A DNA stretch of 64,000 nucleotides from Deferribacterales bacterium (GTDB taxonomy: Bacteria; Chrysiogenota; Deferribacteres; Deferribacterales; Geovibrionaceae): positions 224,001-288,000 of the forward strand of contig JBFWMA010000002.1 of the NCBI GenBank assembly GCA_050251875.1. The letters are read 5' to 3'. The position numbers and the translations under genes are program-made. This document shows positions 54,354 through 62,053 of the stretch, piece after piece. The notes beneath the pieces were generated by a model. That model was given only the letters and a program-made list of their open reading frames with translations. It was not told the origin of the DNA and searched no databases. The number at the start of each line of letters is the position of its first letter. The first letter of the stretch is position 1.

Positions 54354-55982
54354 ATGTTCTCTAACAATAATTCTCAGGATATTTTTTCTGCCTACCGAAT
54401 GTATGCCGGACACAAATATGTGAAAGCGCTTGGCGGTTTTGAAGAATATCTGGCGACCAATCCCGACAGCATGTCTTCTCTGAACATGATAGGGAGCATC
54501 CATTTCATTCTCGGTGACAAGGAGAAGGCGGAGAACACCTATTATAAGCTGGTGGACAAGCTGGTTAGAAAAGGTGAGCACGACAAGGCTCTCGCTGTTC
54601 TGACCCGCATGGCGTCATTTTCTAAAAACAAAGCAAAAATCTTTAATCTTCGTTACGACATTTACCGCATGAAAGGCAAAAACAGGCTGGCAAACCGTCA
54701 GCTTCTCATGCTGGCGGAGGAATACAGACATTCCGGAAGTTTTTCCGACTGCATAGCTATCTACACTTCTCTGGCAGAGAAAAACCAAACGGACTATCGG
54801 CTGATACGCAGTCTGGTGCATAAGCTGATAATAATAAACGGTTATTCCACCATCTCCATGATACTCAAAAACAGTGTGGGCAATGAGCTTTTTCCTGTGG
54901 AGGAGATAGACGATATCGTCATGTTTCTGCTGGAGTCCAATGTTAAGCCGGAATATGTGATTCCGTTCATAAAAGACTTTCTGAGCAGGCATCCCGACTA
55001 TTTTTATAAGGCTGAGCCAGTGCTTATTCAGTCGTTCAGGACGGATTTCAACGCTGATCTTTTTTCTGAAATCATAGATATGATAGATATTTCCGATGCC
55101 TCTGATTTTGTTCAGGCTCTGAGAGAGTTTCTCAGCGACAAGGAGCTTCTGCTCCACAGTCTCCTGATAGAGGCATATTCAGACAACAGAGACATGATAA
55201 AAGGAATGATATTCGAGCTGTATGTGAATAACAGTCTCGATCTGGACGACATAGCGGAAGTGTCTGCTAAAGCTGAGAATTCATATCCGCTGGAAGAGGC
55301 GCTCAAGCTGGTCGCCAAAACGGCTGAAGAGAGCGAAACGGTGAAATGTCTCGGCGTGATGGAAAAAATATACAGGTCGGCTGGGAATGCCGCCAGAGCG
55401 GATGAGCTGGCTGTGTATGTGAAATACGGTAAGACGCCCGGAAATATAGCATCTTTTCTCGCTTCCGACCCTGAGTCGGCGAAAGATCTGGAACTTAGGT
55501 TCAGGCAGGACGATGCTGCTGAGACCGAGCCGGAGGTTATTGCTGAGCCTCTGGAGATTCCTGCCGTTGAACTGGAGATAGAGTCCCATTCTTATGAGGA
55601 TAACACGTCTCGGGTGGCTGTGGAGGCTCTGGAGCTGGATACATACAATGAACCGCAGACGGAATCTAAGATAGAGGCGGATATTCTGCTGAATGACGAT
55701 TTCGATACAGCAGGAAGTTATCAGCCTTCAGATATATTCGAGGGTTTTGATTCTGTGGAGGCGCCCGCTGTCAGCTCTGTTTTCGATGGATTCGATGAGC
55801 CGGACACACAGGAATCCGTTTCTATGGAATTGTCGGATAATGACTTTATTCCGGCAGGACAGGAGCAGACCGCTGTGGCGACCGAAGAGACCGAGGCTCT
55901 TGTTTTCAACGATGAAGAACTTAAAAACGCTTCCGGAAAAGAGGATGAAGAAGATTTCTTTTCAAAAGAAGTGGATGGTTAA
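54354..55982 (+). CDS. TPR-like protein with a long acidic C-terminal tail
   Basis: N-terminal TPR-like helices; last ~170 aa very D/E-rich. Confidence 0.65.
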   Translation: MFSNNNSQDIFSAYRMYAGHKYVKALGGFEEYLATNPDSMSSLNMIGSIHFILGDKEKAENTYYKLVDKLVRKGEHDKALAVLTRMASFSKNKAKIFNLRYDIYRMKGKNRLANRQLLMLAEEYRHSGSFSDCIAIYTSLAEKNQTDYRLIRSLVHKLIIINGYSTISMILKNSVGNELFPVEEIDDIVMFLLESNVKPEYVIPFIKDFLSRHPDYFYKAEPVLIQSFRTDFNADLFSEIIDMIDISDASDFVQALREFLSDKELLLHSLLIEAYSDNRDMIKGMIFELYVNNSLDLDDIAEVSAKAENSYPLEEALKLVAKTAEESETVKCLGVMEKIYRSAGNAARADELAVYVKYGKTPGNIASFLASDPESAKDLELRFRQDDAAETEPEVIAEPLEIPAVELEIESHSYEDNTSRVAVEALELDTYNEPQTESKIEADILLNDDFDTAGSYQPSDIFEGFDSVEAPAVSSVFDGFDEPDTQESVSMELSDNDFIPAGQEQTAVATEETEALVFNDEELKNASGKEDEEDFFSKEVDG

Positions 55983-55987
55983 ACCCC

Positions 55988-58150
55988 GTGAAATTCAGAT
56001 TTAAAAAGAATTCGGATAACAGTAGAAAATCAGGGCAGAAAAACAAATATATCTATGTATATATGCTGATTCTGCTGTTTTTTGTTAATATATTCGCAGG
56101 ATCAAAGATACTTAACAATGATTTCCCGTGGTATTCAAATATCTCCATATTCCTGCTGGTAAATATAAATATTATACTTCTGATAGTTGTGTGCGTTCTG
56201 ATATTCAGAAATCTTGGAAAACTGTATATAGACCGGAAAAAGAATGTTTTCGGGTCGCGGCTTCAGGGGCGGCTGGTTACTTTTTCTATCATTATCGCCG
56301 TAATTCCCGTTTTTATAGTATTTATATTTTCCAACACCGTCATCAACAAAAGCATCGACAAATGGTTCAACTCACAGATCGAGCAGGCTCTGGAGAGCAC
56401 AGTGGATTTGATGCAGAAATATCAGACCAGACTGGAAAACTATCTGATAGAACAGGGCGATCTGCTCGCCGGATTCATATCGTCCGGTGATTATATCTAT
56501 TCGAAAAACCACAAAAAATTGCAGAAATTCGTAAAAATCTATTTTGATAAAGACAGGATAGACGGTATCGCCATCTATAACAACTCCAGCGAACGCATAG
56601 TGGATATGCACAAAACGAAGAATTTTACAAAAAGTTTCGTCAATAAGTCGCTGGTTAAGAAGATGCTGAACAACGAACTGATAGCCAGATATGAGTTCGA
56701 GGGGAATAAGCAGATATACTGGGTGGGTCAGCCTGTATATTCTAACAAAGACCGAAACCGGGTTATCGGCGCCGTTCTGATTTATAAGCTGGTGCCGGAA
56801 AACGAGGCGGAGAAGGTGGCGAAAATTCTGGATTCATACAACACCTACCGTCAGACGAAATATTTCGCCAAACCTGTTAAAAACTCGTTTAAAATATTGA
56901 CAATCCTCATGACTCTGCTGGTGGTTCTCGCCGCCTTGTGGGGCAGTATAGTATACGCCAAGAGCATCACCCGACCCATAGAGAGTCTGGCATCGGCATC
57001 TGTGGCTGTTTCCCGTGGAAATCTGGACATAGAGGTGGAGGTGCTGGGCAACGATGAACTGGCGTTTTTGACGCAGTCGTTTAACTCTATGATAAAACAG
57101 CTGAAAATGCACAACGCAGAAATGAGCCTGAAAAATGAAAAGCTGTCGGAAATGTTTTTGCAGATCGCCAGAGACAACCAGTATATCGATTCTATCTTTA
57201 AAAACGTTAAGTCTGCGATATTTTTGTATACCGACAATTTTGAGCTTTTGAAGCAGAACGACTATGCCGAAACCATTCTGGAATACGCTGATGAGGCGTT
57301 CATAACGCATATTCTGACTCCCGCTTCTACTTTCATCGATCAGGAGGAGCGTGAAAACCAGTTCCAGATTGAGATGCTGATAAAAGGCGAACCCAGAACC
57401 ATGACGACCACTATAACCAAAATCTATGGTCAGGGCGGTTCCGTGGAGAACCTTGTGATAGTTCTGGACGATATCACCGATCTGCTGAATTTTCAGCGTG
57501 TCGGTATCTGGAAAGAGATCGCCACCCGTATAGCCCACGAGATAAAAAACCCGCTGACGCCCATAAAGCTCACAGCGGAAAGGATAAAAAGAAAAGCCAC
57601 AATGGGCGAGAGCGACCAGAGCACCATCGTTACCAGTATGGATACCATCATCGAAGAGGTGGAGAGTCTTCAGAGCATGGTAAACGAATTCAATATGTTC
57701 GCCCGTCTGCCGGAGCTGAGGAAGGAGCTGTTCAGCCTGAAAGATTTTTTTGATGATATCAGAGCGTTCTATACATCGTCTCATCAGAATATAGAATTTG
57801 TCATCGACTGTCCGGATACTGATTTTATCGGCGACAGGTCACAGCTTAAGCGTGTGTTCATAAATCTGGTGAATAATTCCATCGATGCCATGGACAAAGA
57901 GGGCAAAATTTTTATTTCTGTTGTTGAAAATGACAGCGGTTTAAGGATAGACTATCAGGACACAGGAAAGGGTATCCCGAAAGAGGATCTGGGCAGGATA
58001 TTTATCCCGTATTTCAGCAAAAAACCGGACGGAACAGGGCTGGGGCTTGCTATTGTTAAGAAGATCATCGAGGTTCACAACGGAAACATCTCCGTGGACA
58101 GCGAGTATGGAAAATATACGAAATTCACTATGGAATTTCAAAAGGCATGA
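55988..58150 (+). CDS. NtrY-like HAMP/PAS sensor histidine kinase
   Basis: SIDKWF, HAMP, W.E.A.RIAHEIKNPLTPI.L.AER, N/G1/F/G2 boxes. Confidence 0.9.
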   Translation: MKFRFKKNSDNSRKSGQKNKYIYVYMLILLFFVNIFAGSKILNNDFPWYSNISIFLLVNINIILLIVVCVLIFRNLGKLYIDRKKNVFGSRLQGRLVTFSIIIAVIPVFIVFIFSNTVINKSIDKWFNSQIEQALESTVDLMQKYQTRLENYLIEQGDLLAGFISSGDYIYSKNHKKLQKFVKIYFDKDRIDGIAIYNNSSERIVDMHKTKNFTKSFVNKSLVKKMLNNELIARYEFEGNKQIYWVGQPVYSNKDRNRVIGAVLIYKLVPENEAEKVAKILDSYNTYRQTKYFAKPVKNSFKILTILMTLLVVLAALWGSIVYAKSITRPIESLASASVAVSRGNLDIEVEVLGNDELAFLTQSFNSMIKQLKMHNAEMSLKNEKLSEMFLQIARDNQYIDSIFKNVKSAIFLYTDNFELLKQNDYAETILEYADEAFITHILTPASTFIDQEERENQFQIEMLIKGEPRTMTTTITKIYGQGGSVENLVIVLDDITDLLNFQRVGIWKEIATRIAHEIKNPLTPIKLTAERIKRKATMGESDQSTIVTSMDTIIEEVESLQSMVNEFNMFARLPELRKELFSLKDFFDDIRAFYTSSHQNIEFVIDCPDTDFIGDRSQLKRVFINLVNNSIDAMDKEGKIFISVVENDSGLRIDYQDTGKGIPKEDLGRIFIPYFSKKPDGTGLGLAIVKKIIEVHNGNISVDSEYGKYTKFTMEFQKA

Positions 58151-58151
58151 A

Positions 58152-59522
58152 ATGGCAAAAATTCTTATAATTGACGATGAAAAAGGAATATGCACGGCTA
58201 TCAAGGACATTCTGGAAGATGAGGGGTATTCTGCCAATACCGCCCACACCTTTACAGACGGGTTCAATGAGCTGAAAAAGACCGCATACGATATATTGTT
58301 TCTGGATATCTGGCTGCCCGATAAGGACGGCATAGACGGGCTGAAGGACATCAAAAGCTATTTTCCCGACCTTGAGGTTGTTATCATCAGCGGTCACGGA
58401 AACATAGAAAACGCTGTGGAAGCGACCAGAAGAGGGGCTTATGACTTTCTGGAAAAGCCGCTGTCTCTGGAGCGTATCCTGCTGATAGTAAAACACCTTA
58501 CCGACAGAATGCAGCTCGTTCGTGATCTGCGTGAGTCCAGAAGCGACCTGATAAAAAAATATGACATAATAGGCGTCAGCAAACCCATAGTGGAGCTGAA
58601 AAGAAAGATAGAAAAGATAGCGCCCACCAACGCCTGGGTTATGATTACAGGCGAAAACGGCACGGGCAAGGAACATGTGGCGAGGCTGATTCACATGCTG
58701 AGCCGCAGGGCGAAGGACATCTTTGTGGAGATCAACTGCGCCGCCATCCCTTCAGAGCTTCTGGAAACAGAGATGTTCGGACACGAGAAGGGCTCTTTCA
58801 CAGGCGCTCACTCACAGAAAATGGGCAAGTTTGAAGAGGCTGACGGCGGAACCGTCTTTCTGGACGAGATAGGCGACATGGAGCTGTCTTCACAGGCTAA
58901 GCTGCTGAGAGTGCTCGAAAGCAACACTTTCACCCGTGTGGGCGGAAATACTCCGATCAAATCTGATTTTCGTCTGCTGACCGCCACCAACAAGAATCTG
59001 GAAGAGGAGATCGATGCCGGAAACTTCCGTGAAGACCTCTATTACCGTATAAACGTTGTGCCGCTGGTGGTGCCTCCTCTGCGTGAGCGGAAAGAGGATA
59101 TACCGATACTGATGCAGCATTTCATCCGTGAGGCCTGCTCTCTGAACGGTCTGGAGCTGAAGAAGGTCAGTCTGCCTCTGCTGGAGCTCTTTATGGCTTT
59201 TGACTGGCCGGGGAACGTGCGCCAGCTGAAAAATCTGGTGGAGCGCATGGTGGTTCTTTCAGAAAAAGAGACCATGGATGTGGATGACGCTCCGGATTTT
59301 CTGCTGTCCGGCTCGGATGAAGAAAAATATGAAGCGGGCAACTGCTGCGCTCTGAAAGACGCCAAAGAGGGGTTTGAAAAACAATTTATCCTTCAGGTGC
59401 TTCAGGCGAACGACTGGAACATAAGCCAGTCTGCCAAGATTCTGGAGATAGAGAGAACTTATCTCCACCGCAAGATAAAGGCCTACGGTCTGGAAAAATT
59501 CAAAGGTACAGGAAATGTTTAA
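58152..59522 (+). CDS. NtrX-like sigma54-type response regulator (REC-AAA+-HTH)
   Basis: LDIWLP, GENGTGKE, GHEKGSFTGA, WPGNVR.L.N, C-terminal HTH. Confidence 0.92.
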   Translation: MAKILIIDDEKGICTAIKDILEDEGYSANTAHTFTDGFNELKKTAYDILFLDIWLPDKDGIDGLKDIKSYFPDLEVVIISGHGNIENAVEATRRGAYDFLEKPLSLERILLIVKHLTDRMQLVRDLRESRSDLIKKYDIIGVSKPIVELKRKIEKIAPTNAWVMITGENGTGKEHVARLIHMLSRRAKDIFVEINCAAIPSELLETEMFGHEKGSFTGAHSQKMGKFEEADGGTVFLDEIGDMELSSQAKLLRVLESNTFTRVGGNTPIKSDFRLLTATNKNLEEEIDAGNFREDLYYRINVVPLVVPPLRERKEDIPILMQHFIREACSLNGLELKKVSLPLLELFMAFDWPGNVRQLKNLVERMVVLSEKETMDVDDAPDFLLSGSDEEKYEAGNCCALKDAKEGFEKQFILQVLQANDWNISQSAKILEIERTYLHRKIKAYGLEKFKGTGNV

Positions 59523-60003
59523 ATATTTGTTTGGTTCTGTTCTGGTTTTTGTTATCGCGTTTTACGTTGTGAACTATGGTTTGAAAAGCTCCAGCATGAC
59601 AGAGAGAATAGACGAGGCGATGGATGTTCCATACGGCGAATATGACTCTCTGCGCATCACCAAGGCGGATGAGAAGGAGGACGGCTGGGTGCTGTCTCTG
59701 GAAAATCTGCGTATGTACGCCAGCAGAACAGGAAAAGGCACTATGTGCTCCTCTGATGTCAGAATATATTTTCCCACGGAGAAAAACGCCAAGCTCGTTA
59801 TGAAGCTGCGCTATAATCTGGGACCGTTTCTGGCGAAACCTCTCAGGGGGATGTCGCCACAGACAGCTCTGAAGCCTGATTCCCAATATGCCATGATGCA
59901 GTCTCTGAAAGACGGATACGCCGGACAGTACGGCATCAAAACCATGACAAAGATAGAATTCAGCGGTTTTCAGTGTAAAACCATGGACGCCCAACAGGAC
60001 TGA
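59515..60003 (+). CDS. Hypothetical protein with N-terminal membrane anchor
   Basis: Start overlaps the regulator stop; hydrophobic N-terminus. Confidence 0.7.
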   Translation: MFKYLFGSVLVFVIAFYVVNYGLKSSSMTERIDEAMDVPYGEYDSLRITKADEKEDGWVLSLENLRMYASRTGKGTMCSSDVRIYFPTEKNAKLVMKLRYNLGPFLAKPLRGMSPQTALKPDSQYAMMQSLKDGYAGQYGIKTMTKIEFSGFQCKTMDAQQD

Positions 60004-60006
60004 TAG

Positions 60007-60543
60007 ATGGCTGTGATTGCCGTTTTTCTGCGTGGCGTCAATGTTGGCGGCAAGAATATACTTCCCATGAAACAGCTCGTCCGCGAGCTTGAATCTATCG
60101 GTATTAAAAAAGTAAAAACATATATCCAGACCGGTAATGTCATCGTTGATTGTTGTGATGAGCGTGAAGCATCTCTGGCATCTGATATACAACAGCTTAT
60201 ACAGTCTAAATTCGGGTTCTGTCCTGCTGTTATCTCCATTCCAACAGATAAACTTTCTGAGATGGTTTCGGCTTTTAATATCTCTGAAAATACCGCTGAG
60301 GACAGGGTACATCTGTTCTTTCTGGAAAAAATGCCTGAAAATGTTGATTCCGAACGTCTGAAAAGCCTTTGCATGCCTGCTGAGATATGGGATATAAAAG
60401 GCTCTGTGTTTTACCTCTATGCCCCCGATGGGATCAGAAACTCTAAACTGGCCGCTCAGGTGGAAAAAATAATCGGAATACCCGCCACCGCCAGAAACCT
60501 GCGCACAGTAAAAGCAGTTCTCAGTCTTGCCGATAATATTTAA
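60007..60543 (+). CDS. DUF1697 family protein
   Basis: LRGVNVGG.N...M..L, V.TYIQTGNV, TARN..TV. Confidence 0.85.
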   Translation: MAVIAVFLRGVNVGGKNILPMKQLVRELESIGIKKVKTYIQTGNVIVDCCDEREASLASDIQQLIQSKFGFCPAVISIPTDKLSEMVSAFNISENTAEDRVHLFFLEKMPENVDSERLKSLCMPAEIWDIKGSVFYLYAPDGIRNSKLAAQVEKIIGIPATARNLRTVKAVLSLADNI

Positions 60544-60557
60544 TTCGTATTTTTGAT

Positions 60558-60586
60558 TTGACTTTTTCCGGCTGGCTGTCTATTAT
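60558..60586 (+). promoter_or_regulatory. Sigma70 promoter of the lexA operon
   Basis: TTGACT-N17-TATTAT. Confidence 0.7.
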
Positions 60587-60597
60587 TTCCATATAGG

Positions 60598-60611
60598 CGA
60601 ACGTTTGTTCG
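60598..60611. promoter_or_regulatory. LexA operator (GAAC-N4-GTTC SOS box)
   Basis: CGAAC-GTTT-GTTCG palindrome between the -10 box and the lexA RBS. Confidence 0.8.
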
Positions 60612-60627
60612 TGCATGGAGGCATGAT

Positions 60628-61233
60628 ATGACAGAACGGCAGAAAATGTTTGTGAATTTCATCGAAAACTTTATCAGAGATAATGGATATTCCCCGTCTA
60701 TCAGAGAGATAGCGAAGGGAATGGGTCTTTCGTCCACCGCCAGCGTAAAGAATATGCTGGACAGACTCACCGAAAACGGTCTGCTGAAAAGATCGTCCAG
60801 TATTGCCAGGGGCATAGAAGGCTCCCGGAAATCTGCCGCCGTGCCCGTTTTGGGGCGTATCAAAGCAGGCGTTCCCGTCACATCCGAAGAAAACATAGAA
60901 GGCTATATCCGTATGGGCAGAGAGATTTATGACGATCATTTCTTTCTGCGTGTGGACGGCGACAGCATGAAAGACAAGGCGATTCTGGACGGCGATTTTG
61001 TCCTTATTAAACATACAAACTTTATACAGAACAATAAAATAGGCGCATTCAGCATTAACGGCGAGATAACACTTAAAACCTTTCTGAAAACACCTGAAGG
61101 CGTTTTTCTGATGCCCGCCAATGACGAATTTCAGCCGATATCTCTGGCTGAGACGGACGAATTTTCGGTTATCGGCGTTCTGGTGATGGTTATAAGGGCT
61201 TTGGAGGGGGGCTATGATATTGAACCTGCATGA
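60628..61233 (+). CDS. lexA: SOS repressor LexA
   Basis: wHTH GYSPS.REI, Ala-Gly cleavage site (KAGVP), catalytic GDSM Ser and TLK Lys. Confidence 0.93.
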   Translation: MTERQKMFVNFIENFIRDNGYSPSIREIAKGMGLSSTASVKNMLDRLTENGLLKRSSSIARGIEGSRKSAAVPVLGRIKAGVPVTSEENIEGYIRMGREIYDDHFFLRVDGDSMKDKAILDGDFVLIKHTNFIQNNKIGAFSINGEITLKTFLKTPEGVFLMPANDEFQPISLAETDEFSVIGVLVMVIRALEGGYDIEPA

Positions 61234-61456
61234 GAGGGTCAGGGTGGGCGCTGTTTTTGATGCCTCGCCCAAACCTGTCTGGTTCAGCCTGAACGGAGAA
61301 AAAGTCACCGTAAAGGAGATCTGCTACCGCTGGAAAGAGAGGGCTGGGGCGGATGTGATCCACAAATATACCGTCACGGACGGGTTCAACGTTTATGAGA
61401 TATGTTTCAGCGCTCTGGACGCCTGCTGGTATCTGGAAGCCATCGATGACGCATAA
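61214..61456 (+). CDS. Small beta-rich protein of the lexA-dinB cassette
   Basis: GGAGG RBS inside the lexA 3' end; P.WF...G....V.EI...W...Y.V.....YE..F.....W.L pattern. Confidence 0.75.
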   Translation: MILNLHERVRVGAVFDASPKPVWFSLNGEKVTVKEICYRWKERAGADVIHKYTVTDGFNVYEICFSALDACWYLEAIDDA

Positions 61457-61481
61457 GGGTTTATTATAGAAACACCCGGCT

Positions 61482-61519
61482 GAGATTGCCACGCCAGCCT
61501 GCGGCTGTCTCGCAATGAC
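61482..61519. repeat. Solo REP-like half element (GAGATTGCCACG...CTCGCAATGAC)
   Basis: Same ends as the right arms in the adjacent array; internal CAGCC-TGC-GGCTG hairpin. Confidence 0.75.
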
Positions 61520-61520
61520 A

Positions 61521-61920
61521 TAAGCTGACTTCACGGACGGACTTTTTGGGGAGTAAGAAATAATCAAGGTCATGTCATCGCGAGGAGCTGGGCGATGTGG
61601 CGATCTTATCCGATGAGATTGCTTCGTTATGTTATTCCTCGCAACGACGTAAGCTGACTTCACGGACGGACTTTTTGGGGAGTAGGAAATAATCAAGGTC
61701 ATGTCATCGCGAGGAGCTGGGCGACGTGGCGGTCTTATCCGATGAGATTGCTTCGTTATGTTATTCCTCGCAACGACGTAAGCTGACTTCACGGACGGAC
61801 TTTTTGGGGAGTAGGAAATAATCAAGGTCATGTCATCGCGAGGAGCTGGGCGACGTGGCGGTCTTATCCGATGAGATTGCTTCGTCATGTTATTCCTCGC
61901 AATGACGTAAGCTGACTTCA
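61521..61920. repeat. Tandem array, 3 x 129 bp plus 13 bp
   Basis: Units start at 61521, 61650 and 61779 (TAAGCTGACTTCA...); 2-3 substitutions between neighbours; each holds a 75-bp inverted REP-like pair. Confidence 0.95.
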
Positions 61921-62041
61921 GGATGAAGCCCGTGGAGTGAATAATAAACGGCTTTGCCGTTTTTATGAACGGAACGTAAGCGTAATGAGGCTTTTGCCGA
62001 AATGAAGCGGTATCGCAAAAAGTCCATGGACGGACTTTTTG
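61914..62041 (+). repeat. Divergent copy of the four-hairpin GGA-loop element, in the dinB leader
   Basis: Aligns by hand at ~70-75% to the reverse complement of 37803-37932, with compensatory stem changes. Confidence 0.8.
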
Positions 62042-62053
62042 GGGAGAATATAA

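Noticed and set aside
61190..61888. 232-aa minus-strand ORF with 43-aa repeats
   Set aside because: By-product of the 129-bp (43-codon) DNA repeat; antisense to the lexA cassette, with no recognisable domain
61521..61920. Tandem array as a CRISPR array
   Set aside because: Units are near-identical along their whole 129 bp, there are no unique spacers, and no cas genes are present
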